A stretch of DNA of 30,549 nucleotides, filler included, from Gekko japonicus (taxonomy: Eukaryota): assembly GCF_001447785.1 (NCBI RefSeq). It is 2 parts of 2 records of this genome, joined end to end, with 100 filler letters (N's around TTAATTAATTAA, not from the genome) between each part and the next. Parts side by side here need not be neighbours in the genome. Positions count along the whole stretch, not along the records: positions 9,808 to 30,549 come from NW_015166535.1; 1 more part is not named here. One strand, 5' to 3'. The notes under the pieces were generated by a model. It saw only the letters and a list, made by a program, of their open reading frames with translations, was not told where the DNA came from and made no database searches. The position numbers and the translations under genes are program-made. Positions 9,708 through 20,076 of this stretch are shown here, piece after piece. The stretch's first letter is position 1, and every line of letters starts with the position of its first letter.

Positions 9708-9807
9708 NNNNNNNNNNNNNNNNNNNNNNNNNNNNNNNNNNNNNNNNNNNNTTAATTAATTAANNNNNNNNNNNNNNNNNNNNNNNNNNNNNNNNNNNNN
9801 NNNNNNN
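9708..9807. other. Artificial 100-bp assembly linker (44N-TTAATTAATTAA-44N)
   Basis: Exactly 100 bp, symmetric, and the core has stop codons in all six frames. Confidence 0.9.
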
Positions 9808-9985
9808 GCCTCCACTATGAGTTTAGTAGATAACTTTAGGCAATCCACCCTTTCTTCCCTCTTCTCTGCAATGTGGCCATAATAATACTAACCTACCTGA
9901 CCAGGTGATGTACATGCACCTAGATGCTTCATGTGAAGATGTTGTATGTAAAAGGGTTTGAACATTCAGAAGTGCTAAGTAATAC
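9808..9985 (+). mobile_element. Old MIR/CORE-like SINE 3' remnant
   Basis: ataataatactaacctacct...tatgtaaaag..agtgct pattern. Its (TAT)n tail resumes after the MITE at 10424. Confidence 0.45.
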
Positions 9986-9993
9986 ATTCCAAG

Positions 9994-10415
9994 CAGGGGT
10001 CATTTCCTGCGGGAGCGCACAGGAGTGGCGTTCCGGCAGTAAAGAGCCCAGGGGGCAGGCACATGCAACAAGCCCCACCCCCTGCTCCCAGCAGCCCTCA
10101 GTCAAAGCAAGAAGCAGCCAGATGAGCTGCAGAGCCCTACCCCAGCCCCCCCGTCCAAAACAGTCCCATGGCGCCTTTAAGACCACGTTTTATTCAGGTA
10201 CAAGCTCTCCCTCCTCTGTAAGGACAGATCTGCGCGTCCCCCCCCCCCTTAAATAGCTATCAATCCAAAACAGTCCAGTGGAGCCTGAGCAGTGGTGGGT
10301 GTTGCCTTCTGACACACTTCTGGTGATGTCAGGGGCTGTGGCATATGCAAATAAGTTATGCTAATGAGTTATGCTAATGAGCTCCTGCGCCTCTTTTTCT
10401 ACAAAATGACCCCTG
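9994..10415. mobile_element. Complete non-autonomous hAT MITE (422 bp), same family as 608-5943
   Basis: TIRs CAGGGGTCATTT...AAATGACCCCTG and a perfect 8-bp TSD ATTCCAAG (9986-9993 / 10416-10423). Confidence 0.93.
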
Positions 10416-11749
10416 ATTCCAAGTATTATTATTTATCTGTGGTCAGATTGGTATACTTCAGTCAGAGGCANNNNNNNNNNNNNNNNNNNNNNNNNNNNNN
10501 NNNNNNNNNNNNNNNNNNNNNNNNNNNNNNNNNNNNNNNNNNNNNNNNNNNNNNNNNNNNNNNNNNNNNNNNNNNNNNNNNNNNNNNNNNNNNNNNNNNN
10601 NNNNNNNNNNNNNNNNNNNNNNNNNNNNNNNNNNNNNNNNNNNNNNNNNNNNNNNNNNNNNNNNNNNNNNNNNNNNNNNNNNNNNNNNNNNNNNNNNNNN
10701 NNNNNNNNNNNNNNNNNNNNNNNNNNNNNNNNNNNNNNNNNNNNNNNNNNNNNNNNNNNNNNNNNNNNNNNNNNNNNNNNNNNNNNNNNNNNNNNNNNNN
10801 NNNNNNNNNNNNNNNNNNNNNNNNACCGAAATCAACCCTAACTACAGCCACATTGGTACAAGGGGGGGAACTCCCTACCGGCACCCTAGTGGAGGCTTCA
10901 GTGTTTTTTTTCCCGGCTCGGCTTCTTTTTCTGGCTGTAAGATGTCCCAGTGCTCAGGCAGACAGGTGGATGTATGGATCGCCGGCGACGTCGTCCTCGG
11001 CCCGATCATGTCCTTTCCGGCTCCGCGCGCCTCCGGATGACGTCACTGCGCCTCCAACCTCCGTCGACGGCAGCCGCCTTGTTCTTTCACCGCTGGCCAC
11101 CAGGGATCAATCTGGCACTGCTGCCGCCGCTTGCCGCCTTCAGCGTTGCGCCTCCTCCTCCAATCGTCTGCCGCTGCTGCTCCGCTCCGCTGTAGCCGCC
11201 GTTCTTGCCGCCACCATTGCCGCTGCTTCTCCACACACCTCCATAGGCGGAGGAGGGTGCCCCCCACCCTACTAAGGGTGGGTACCCATTTATCTACTCA
11301 CCGATAGATAGTTACTTGGCTTTCAAACCGCTGGGTGATTTCTTATATGTACAGCTTCTCAGATACATAAAAATCACTTGTCCTTTGGCACATCAGAATT
11401 CCTTTCCTTTATCTAGGGTTTGTTTCTGAAACTTCTGATAGGTGAGGCCTATTGCTTTTTCTGAATTAAAACTGAAGGCACACTCCAATCTAAAAGCAAA
11501 CCTTTTTGCTTGTGACAGTGTGTTTCTATACGAGATCCTGATCTGCATGTTCGCCAACTAGAACAAGGCAAGCATAGTGCAGTGACTCATCCAGATACAC
11601 AACAGACATCCTCCTCTGTGAGAAGACTGTTCAGCATCTTTCCATTGGTCAATTAGCTCATTCAATTACTCTCAATGCATTGATTCAGCATAATTATCCT
11701 TCTCCTAGAGGAAGCTGACTGGAAGGATATAGGATACAAAAACAGTTAC

Positions 11750-12129
11750 TTTTTTCCCACCATAGAGAACAATGGAGGGGATAGGGGCAACCAGTTTGGG
11801 AGCCCGTAGAATTGTACCCCCTGGTTCAATATTCTTGAAACTTGGTTGGTATCTTGTGGAGAGGCTCCGGAAGCTAACCTGTGAGTTTGGAGCCTCTCCC
11901 TCAAACTCCCTACCCTCCAGCCCCCAGAATATACCCTATGTTTTCGCCATTGACTTCAATGGCCCATAGGATATAATGGGGCCCAATTGCCGCCGAAATT
12001 CTGCGGCGATTCGGCAGCAAGCCGATTCAGATCAGAGAATCTGAATCGGCTTGCAGCAGCCTGAAAGGGGTCCGAATGGGCCATTTTCGGGGGTGCATTC
12101 GGTTCGGATGAACCGAATGCACATCCCTA
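11750..12129. mobile_element. Right end of a DNA-transposon-derived repeat
   Basis: Ends GCACATCCCTA after a cluster of CCGAA/TTCGG subterminal repeats. The left end may lie in the N gap, since ACCGAA occurs at 10825. Confidence 0.5.
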
Positions 12130-12187
12130 TTATAGACATATAAATGGACTGTGTAGAAAATGTGATGTCAGGTGATCAGATTGTGAT

Positions 12188-13633
12188 GTGAGACACACGC
12201 CAGCAGATGCCTGAGACAGTGTGCCCGTGGTTCCCAGAGTTGCCCAGTTGCCATTGCTGTTTAAACCAGGGACTCCAGCCGCCATTAAAGGAGTCCATCT
12301 TCATTACGCTGGCAACCCCCTACCCAACCTCCCCTGCACTGAAGGCACCACTGAAGGCACAAAAGAGTCTTTCCCGCCTTCTCTTTGACAAATGACTTCC
12401 TCATTCACCTGAAGGAACTGGCTTTGCTGCCCTGAGACAAAGAACAAAATGGGTGCTAGCCGATGAGTCATCGCGGCCATCGAGGTGCCTCTGTCACAAG
12501 CCAAGTTAGAATTCAATATTGACCAAATCCTTCAAAAACAATTTATTAGGATATATTAAGAGGTCAAACATACATCATACTACTAATTGTTATACATCCT
12601 TTTCTCCTATTTCCCCACCCCTTTTGACTTCCCACAGTGCTCCAACCTCCAGGCCACATCTTAAATTCTCACCTTTTCCCCCTTACTCGTTAATCACGTT
12701 CTACAGGTAACATATCTTTCAACTATTATTCTTATATATTTATCTTCCTTCTAATATCATTCTTTTTTCAGTAGTTATCAAAGCAAATTAAGTTGTTCTT
12801 TACATCCCAATATTTCTCTAAATATTCTTTAAAGTCTATCCAGTCTGCGAAAAATTCTTCTGCTTCCAGATCTTTAAGCTTTCTTGTCATTTTGTCCATT
12901 TCCGCCATAAAAGGTAATTTCTTTATCCACTCCCCAATTTCAGGAGTTCTGTCTTGCTTCCAGCATTGAGCATATGTCATTCTAGCAGTTTTAATCATGT
13001 ACCACATCAAAGTCCTTTTCGCCATGTTGACTTCTTCCATTTTAATAGTAATATTAAAAGTAATATTTCAGGTTCTTTCTTAAATTTACATTTCACAATT
13101 TTATATTGACCAATTCCTTAAGCCCCTCATCCATTGCGAACGTGACTTTTGGAACGGACCACCAAGGGGTTAGCTCAAGGGAGGTGCCTAGCAAGCCTTT
13201 CCCTCAACGCCCCCCCAATAAAAGCGGGCACCCAGCAGCGTGCTCTCTTTCTCTCTACGCCCTCTGTACACCTTTAGCTCTTGCTATCCTGACACTCGCC
13301 ATGCTTTAAGACTCTTGGACTGCAGCCAGAGTCTTCCACGTGCTTCTGCCGGTTCAAAGCACAATTTCCTTTTCCTATTATTCTCTCCCCCTCCCCTATA
13401 TTTCCACTGTGACTCATCATCACGTTGGACAGGTAAATATTGCCCACCAACGATATCCTGCTCATGCAGACGTCTCTATGCTCTAGCTGATTTTCCTAGA
13501 AGCTGTGTAACTGAGTGTGTGTGTATTGTTTGAATGTGAAGACCCTCCAGTGAAAGACACTATCTTTATACTGACTCCAGCCTCCGTGTCTATTTCTGGT
13601 ACCTCTGGAAGAAGCGGGACCTCCGTATATACA
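12188..13633 (+). mobile_element. Putative solo LTR interrupted by L1; boundaries uncertain
   Basis: TATA-like CAATAAAAG at 13216 followed by a pyrimidine-rich R-like region, a donor AG|GTAAAT at 13433, a TG-rich tract and a ...TATACA end. No TSD found. Confidence 0.45.
12533..13102 (-). mobile_element. 5'-truncated L1-clade LINE
   Basis: ORF2 C-terminus (YMIKTARMTYAQCWK..W..K..AEMDKMT..W..F.EY) and AATAAA. 17-bp TSD ATATTGACCAA(A/T)TCCTT at 12516-12532 / 13103-13119. Reconstructed target is TT|AAGG. Confidence 0.85.
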
Positions 13634-13864
13634 GGTGTTTGTTCCCTTAGTGCCTATTGCCGATCTTATAATATTGCAAATTCCCCATTGTGATTAATAA
13701 CTTAAGGCAATCAGGCTAACAAGAGCACTGTCACAAATCCTTGCCATGAAATGTTACAATTGGGGGGGCTGAGATTTTTTTTAAAGTGGTCCACAAATGT
13801 CTGCTTTGTGTCTGCTGATTTCCTAGCATAATATGAGCCCCTTAACATATTTCCTGTCCTGCAG

Positions 13865-13996
13865 GCCCTCAAAGATCACGGTCAGGATTATCTTGTCGGA
13901 AACAGGTTCAGCAGAGCAGATGTTCAGTTGCTTGAAGTTATTTTAATGGTAGAAGAGCTCAAGCCTGATGTTCTGTCGAAGTTCCCTCTTTTGAAG
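13865..13996 (+). CDS. GSTA: Glutathione S-transferase alpha, penultimate coding exon (132 bp)
   Basis: cag|[44 protein letters not shown]|gtaag, phase 0-0. Matches the mammalian GSTA exon [22 protein letters not shown]...FPLLK. Confidence 0.95.
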
Positions 13997-14339
13997 GTAA
14001 GCCCTTAATAACCCTTACAAATTGTGAAAGATGTGGAGAGGCCCTGCTCCGGCTCTTCCAGTGACCAAACAGCAGCAGAGCTGAAATCAATAATGCACTA
14101 TTTCGGTGGTTATTTCAATCAACTTCAAGTAAAGTCTCAAGAAGTTTGATGCTGTGTTTAGATTCCCCAGTTATTCATGGTAAACATATATAAGTGTAGA
14201 ACCGATCCTGGTTTATGCATAATGTCAGACTGATCCTGGTAGGATTTTTAATTGTTTCTGTAGGGGCTGTATATGTAGTATGTCTGTAGAGCAGAGGATC
14301 CCCAGTTCACTGTCCTTTATGATTTCATATGGGAGCATA

Positions 14340-14636
14340 AGAAGTGGTGGCAGCTACAAGCATGGACGGCTTCAAGAAGGAATTAGATAAGCATATGGAG
14401 CAGAGGTCCATCAGTGGCTATTAAGCCACAAGGTATAGATAGGGGCTCTGGGACAAGTGATGCTCTGTGTTCTTGGTGCTTTGGGGGGGGGCAACATTGG
14501 GAGGGCTCCTAGTGTCCTGGCCCCACTGCTGGACCTCCTGATGGCACCTGGTATTTCTGACCACTGTGTGACAGAGTGTTGGACTGGATGGGCTGTTGGC
14601 CCGATCCAACATTGGCTTCTCTTATGTTCTTATGTT
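14340..14636 (+). mobile_element. CR1 3' fragment in the GSTA intron
   Basis: EVVAATSMDGFKKELDKHMEQRSISGY* followed by UTR and CTTATGTT tail. Confidence 0.88.
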
Positions 14637-15011
14637 TCTGTTTGTTGAATTGTCATAACTGGAAACTGTAGTATGATAAGGGTGTGGAGGATACTTCATC
14701 ATGGAGTTGCAGATTCACAGCTCCCAGGGGGTTGCCTGAGGAAGGGGAATGTCCATTAGACCAGTTTCAGTTTGCACGGGGTCTATATAAGTAGGGGCCC
14801 CCCACGATCCACTGTAACTGCGAGAAATACATATTTATTGCCAATGTTTTTGTCCGCACAGGCTGGCCTGAGGCTTTGTTACAGCTGAGCTTTGTTGCTG
14901 ATTATCAGGGCATATTATAACCTTATGTTCTTCAGGTGACAAATAACTCCTGAGAAATGGCACCTTTTCTTGCTGGAAAATGCTTCTTGTTCCAATATTT
15001 TCCCTCTCTAG

Positions 15012-15131
15012 ACTTATAAAGGAAGAATAAGCAACATCCCTACAATCAAGAAATTCCTGCAGCCTGGTAGTGCAAGAAAACCACCAACAGATGAAAAAGA
15101 GTATGCGGAATGCATCAAGATATTCTACTGA
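15012..15131 (+). CDS. GSTA: Glutathione S-transferase alpha, last coding exon
   Basis: tag|[39 protein letters not shown], containing the hallmark [16 protein letters not shown].RKPP motif. Confidence 0.95.
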   Translation, partial: TYKGRISNIPTIKKFLQPGSARKPPTDEKEYAECIKIFY

Positions 15132-15322
15132 ATCAGAATCATGGCTCATGTAACTGCAAGCAACATGCTACAGTTAGGGACACTCTTCAAATAATTTCAA
15201 GAGGCCAACAATGTACAGGGGCAGCTTCCAGAGGAATGACAATGTGAAGTTTAATGTTCAACAAAATAGGATGATTTCTGAAGGAGAAATGGTGTCAATC
15301 ACACGCCATTGCACTCAAACAC

Positions 15323-15328
15323 AATAAA
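15323..15328 (+). terminator. Probable GSTA polyadenylation signal
   Basis: AATAAA about 190 nt after the stop codon, followed by a GT-rich stretch. Confidence 0.6.
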
Positions 15329-15471
15329 ATACTCCGTTGTGCTGGCACTTAGCTAAGCGATTTGCTTGAATTGTGGGTAACACGTTTGAGCTGGCATCCA
15401 CCACACTGACAGACACTTCTTCCCAGTGGTAACTTGCATGAGGTTGATGGGAAAATATAGATACCAGTACT

Positions 15472-15866
15472 CAGGGCTATTTTTGGGCAGGAACGCACAG
15501 GAACGGAGTTCCGGCTGGCTCCCAAGCTGGCCACACCCAGCAGGAACTCATTAGCATAACAGGCCACACCCAACAGCAGAAACTCATTAGGATTGGCTAC
15601 ATTACGGGTGTGTGGCCTAACATGCAAAGGAGTTCTTGCTACAAAAAAAGCCCTGGGTTTTGACAACAAACAAGGTAAACAGAATAAGAAGCAAAAGGTG
15701 GGTGTGGCTGGATGACCACACTTCTGGTAACATGGGATGTGGCCTAATGTGCTAATGAGCTGTGCTGTCAGGGGTGTGGCCCAATAGGCTAATGATTTTC
15801 TGCTGTTGGGTGTGGCCTATTATGCTAATGAGTTCCTGCTGGGCTTTTTCGACAAAAAGAGCCCTG
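15472..15866. mobile_element. hAT-type MITE (composite)
   Basis: CAGGGCT...AGCCCTG ends and a 7/8 TSD (CCAGTACT / CCTGTACT). Extra internal TIR ending at 15655 and an internal inverted repeat of about 60 bp. Confidence 0.75.
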
Positions 15867-16384
15867 CCTGTACTTATAATCAGAATGCCTGGGTATAACA
15901 TATACACACCAGACTGAAAGAGAAGAAAGCATCTTGGAGCACCTCAAATACACACACATGCAAACACACACACACACACATACTCAAATGTAGAGGGGAG
16001 AATTTGAAACACCGGGGCCAAAAGTCCATGGAATACAAGAGCAGTCTTCTTGTTCTTGTACTTTGCATATTTTATAGGCTTTTAGCCCCACTTATGTGCT
16101 CTGTACCCATGTGTAGGTGTGTACATATAAATCTGTAAACTCAACATAAAAACCCATGCATCTGCGAAATGGAGCTTTAATCTATACAAGCTCAGGCTGG
16201 TACAAACTAGTTTATCTTTAAGGGCGTCCCAAGACTCCCTTTTTGTTTTGGCAGCCACAGACTTGATTACTCCCTTGGACCTTGAGCCGGCTCTAACCTT
16301 TTAACCATCTGAACATTACCCTAGCAGAGAATTCCCTCCCCCTCCCCCCTCATGTCTCGGTGAAGAGACTACTGAGCTTCTTCA

Positions 16385-16682
16385 GAGGTGATAGGTTGTA
16401 ATAGGTGATTTTAACTACCCACACATTGATTGGATTCAATATGTGTTCTAGTCGGGAAAAAGAGATTGAGTTTCTAGACACTCTCAATGACTGTGTTATG
16501 GAGCAGATGGTCACGGAACCTACGAGGGGAGAGGCGATCCTTGATTTGGTCCTAAGTAACGCTCAAGACCTGGTGAGAGATGTAAAAGTGATTGCACCAC
16601 TTGGGAACAGTGACTATAATGTTGTTGAGTTCAAATTTGTATAAATAGGGAATTGGCCAAAAAGACTGACACAACCACTTTT
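16385..16682 (+). mobile_element. CR1 ORF2 endonuclease fragment
   Basis: GDFNYPHIDW (frameshifted) ...EFLDTLNDCVMEQMVTEPTRGEAILDLVL..LGNSDYNVVEF, the APE motifs of CR1. Confidence 0.88.
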
Positions 16683-17085
16683 TGAGATACGCCAGCATCA
16701 CCAGAAGAATGCTCAGAAAAGGAGCCTATTTTGAGTATAAACTGTGTTTGTCTGTACCAGACACAATCCTTCACCCGTCCAGTTGCTCACGCTTAGGGAG
16801 TACTTTTAAAATTGCAGCTCTGTGTTACAGGAACAGCTACATCTGTTCATTCATGGATGTGCCTCATTGTCACAGAGAGACTGAATCCTACCCACAACTA
16901 AGTTATTCCGCTAGTAAATTATTCTACATCTAAGCTGGCTTTCCATTCAAATGCTCAAAGCCGGTTACAATAACAGCATAAAACAAAAGTCCAATCCTAA
17001 TCAGATGATAACCTGTCATAATAGCCTAACAGATGATAATAATGTATCAGATGATAATAATACAAAACAACATCAAATGAATTCA

Positions 17086-17173
17086 CAGCAGAATCCTAAA
17101 TGGAGTTCCACCCTTACAAGCCCATTGAAGTCAACGGGCTTAGCAGGGTATAACTCTGCTGAGGATTCCGCTG
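17086..17173. repeat. Short palindromic MITE-like hairpin
   Basis: cagcagaatcct..aagcccattgaagtcaacgggctt..aggattccgctg forms an imperfect foldback. Confidence 0.55.
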
Positions 17174-17429
17174 TTTAAGAAGTAGCGAAACAATCTCCAC
17201 GAGGCCATTCCGGAAGGAGCGAGTTGTCAAGGATCACTGGGATCCCACTTGGGAAAGGCAGTTCCTCAACCTTGGGGCAATTGGCGGTCTTAGCTATGGA
17301 GCACCGGCCTCAGGCCACCCACCACGCTGGGTGGGGCACAGACGACTCAGCTGCCCTGATGGCCAGAAGACCCCTGCCTTCACGGTCCTCACCACAGCTT
17401 CAGAGGTGTGGGCAGCAACAGGCACCACT

Positions 17430-18140
17430 CAGTTTGGTGTAGTGGTTAAGTGCCAATTTGGTGTCGTGGTTAAGTGCGCGGACTCTAATCTGGGAGAACC
17501 GGGTTCGATTCCCCACTCCTCCACTTGCACCTGCTGATGTGACCTTGGGTCAGTCGCAAGCTCTGGCACAGCTGTCCTTGGAGAAGAGCAGTTCCTGTCA
17601 GAGCTCTCTCAGCCCCACCCACCTCACAGGGTGTCTGTCTGTTGTGGGGAGGGGAAGGGAAAGGAGTTTGTAAGCTGCTATGAGACTCCCTTGGGTAGTG
17701 AAGGGCAAGGGGTATAAACCCAATCTCTTCTTCTTCTCCTCTCTCAACCCCACCGACCTCACAGGGTGTCTGTTGTGGGGAGGGGAAGGGAAAGGAGTTT
17801 GTAAGCCGCTCTGAGACTCCCTTCAGTAGTGGAGGGCAAGGGGTATAAACCCAATCTCTTGGTGTCATGGTGAAGTGCGCGGACTCTAATCTGGGAGAAC
17901 CTTTGATTCCCCCACTCATCCTCCTCTTGCACCTGGCCGGATGGCCTTGGGCAAGCCATAGCTCTGATAACAGCTGTCCTTGAAAAAGCTGTTTCTGTCA
18001 AGAGCTCTCTCAGCCCCACCTGCCTCACAGGGGGTGTCTGTTGTGGGGAGGGGAAGGGAAAGGAGTTTGTAAGCCGCTCTGAGACTCCTTTGGGTAGTGA
18101 AGTGCCATGGGGTATAAATCCAATCTTCTCCTCCTCCTCC
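17430..18140 (+). mobile_element. Tandem cluster of Squam3-like tRNA-derived SINEs
   Basis: A box TGGTGTAGTGG and B box GGTTCGATTCC. Full copy 17430-17735, duplicated 3' part 17740-17859, second copy 17859-18140. Confidence 0.8.
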
Positions 18141-18195
18141 TCCACTCGGGCAGCCTCTGCCCATCAGCTGCCTGACTCCCCTCACATCGCCTTAC

Positions 18196-18599
18196 TGTCA
18201 GGTCTCTCGACACACTCTTGTATCAGCAAGATTTGTTTATTGAGAAGTGAAACAGTTTCCAAGCATGGACAGATTCCATGTCAGAACCGACACCCGGGTG
18301 CCAGGACTGAACCTACACAACATGCAAGACATCCCCCTTGAAGCGTACCACACAATCAGTATTCGCATTCAGCCCGCCAAAAATCCAAACCTGCCACTAG
18401 CTGTTGCGCTATCTTGAGAATCCCTGCACCCAAGGTCGAAGTGGGTGCTGAGATCATACGGTTCCCAGGAACTGCGTAAGCCAACACACACTCATTACCC
18501 CCCCCCTTTAGCCAGAAGGATAAACAAGCTAGAGAAGAAGGAGAAGCAATTAACCCTTGAGGACCCAGAGTCCATGTCAAGCGAGGCACGAGCTTGACA
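18196..18599 (-). mobile_element. Solo LTR (404 bp)
   Basis: TGTCA...TGACA ends, 5-bp TSD CTTAC, AATAAA on the minus strand about 40 bp from the end. Homologous to the sequence from 25188. Confidence 0.85.
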
Positions 18600-18680
18600 C
18601 TTACTGCTGATTGGCAGCCACTGTCCCAAAGTCACCAGGGCCACCAGGGACGACAGCGAGGGAGGGGAGGAGGGGAGCCA

Positions 18681-18902
18681 GAATGGACGATTTAAGCTTA
18701 ATGCTACAGAATAAAAATGAAAAGGTACATAAAAAGAGATGGGAAAAAGTGTACAAGTGGATAGAAAAACAGACAGAAAAGTAACATCCCAAATTGGCAC
18801 AAAAAAGTAAGGGGAAAGTCTTAGATATCTATGTAAACGAAATAGATGAAATGTACATGTATACTTTTGTAAACAAAAATAAAATTTATTTCAAAAAAAA
18901 AA
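18681..18902 (+). mobile_element. L1-clade 3' end with poly(A)
   Basis: MDDLSLMLQNKNEKVHKKRWEKVYKWIEK* resembles the L1 C-terminus at 12768. Followed by AATAAA and an A tail. Confidence 0.6.
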
Positions 18903-18936
18903 GGTCCCCCCCCCTTTGACTCTCCTTTTCCACACT

Positions 18937-19016
18937 TGGCTCTTTGGCTTTGAAACGGAGATGAGCACCACAACCCTAGAGTCGGATTCGACTGGCTTTC
19001 GAGCAAGGGAACCTTT
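18937..19016 (+). mobile_element. 5'-truncated Sauria SINE (tail resumes at 19364-19383)
   Basis: Inverted copy of the 3' end of the neighbouring SINE, with an ACCTTT-type tail. Confidence 0.75.
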
Positions 19017-19363
19017 AAAGGTAAAGGTAAAGGTTCCCTTGCTCGAAAGCCAGTCGAGTCCGACTCTAGGGTTGCGGTGCTCATCTCCGTTTCCAAGCCG
19101 AAGAGCCAGCGCTGTCCGAAGACGTTTCTGTGGTCATGTGGCCGGCATGACTAAACACCAAGGCGCATGGAACGCTGTTACCTTCCCACCGAAGTGGTCC
19201 CTATTTATCTACTTGCAATTTCTTGCTTTCGAACTGCTAGGTTGGCAGGAGCTGGAACTAGAGACAGGAGCTCACTCCGTCATGCGGCACACTCGGGTCT
19301 TGAACTGCTGAACTACTGACCTTCCACAGCCTGCAGTTCAGCGTCTTAACCACTTGAGCCACC
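19017..19363 (-). mobile_element. Near full-length Sauria SINE
   Basis: tRNA-like head GGTGGCTCAAGTGGTTAAG, typical body and (ACCTTT)n tail. Confidence 0.88.
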
Positions 19364-19499
19364 TTTACTTTACCTTTACTTTAAAAGGGTAAGCACACAT
19401 TCCACAAAGAGAGCTACATAAATAGGAAGTTTTATAAAAAAGGAGGATTAAAAAAACACACAACCCTCCCCCCACAAATAATAAAAAGGCAATTGTGAA

Positions 19500-19642
19500 G
19501 GTAGAATGACAGCAGGGGATTGTGGGCTGTCCAGTGTGTTGCACCGAGTGCAACATGTCTGACTATCTGCCAACTGGACAGAAGTCATGGGTGCGTGCTC
19601 CGTGCAAGGAGCTCCTGGTTCTCAGGGAACGAGTTCAATCCA
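19500..19642 (+). mobile_element. CR1 ORF1 N-terminal fragment
   Basis: PVCCTECNMSDYLPTGQKSWVRAPCKELLVLRERVQS, resembling the Cys-rich/leucine-zipper start of CR1 ORF1. Confidence 0.55.
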
Positions 19643-20076
19643 TCGTTCCAGACACCAGCCAACTGTAACGAATTAGAGTGAGTGGGAGAGGTCTCAGCTG
19701 AAGAAGCTTCTGTCTGGGGTGGGCCCTCCCTTGATGGACAGCACTTCTTCTGGAGGAGGTGAGCTCCCAGACATATCTGTCTTCGAACGGATGCTGATTC
19801 CTTCCCTTGAATGGTGAGGAGAGAGGCCCTGAGGGACTGTTTTTCCTTCCCACTGGGGGCCTGCTGCTGAGGGATGGCGGCTGGACCAGCTCCAACAAGA
19901 GAATGGTACTTCTGGGACACTGGCTACTGGACCTTTGGTTTGGGAAGGGAAAGGAGTTTGGGGGTGGGGAGTAGAATACCCTGTGTGCAGAACTGTATTT
20001 TGCTCGTTGTAATAAATCGTGGATTCTACAAAAAAAAGAGAACGGGAAGGGAGGGGGAAATCCAGACCGACACATG

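Noticed and set aside
10358-11275. 305-aa ORF and other X-containing ORFs
   Set aside because: They run through N gaps and low-complexity GC-rich DNA.
11417-11441. 25-nt micro-exon-like tag|...|gtgag
   Set aside because: Matches no GSTA exon in size or sequence, and is likely chance.
14782-14795. TATATAA in the GSTA intron
   Set aside because: No supporting LTR ends or downstream exon found.
17430-17520. tRNA genes (also 19290-19363 and 25090-25160)
   Set aside because: These are A/B-box heads of SINEs that continue into SINE bodies.
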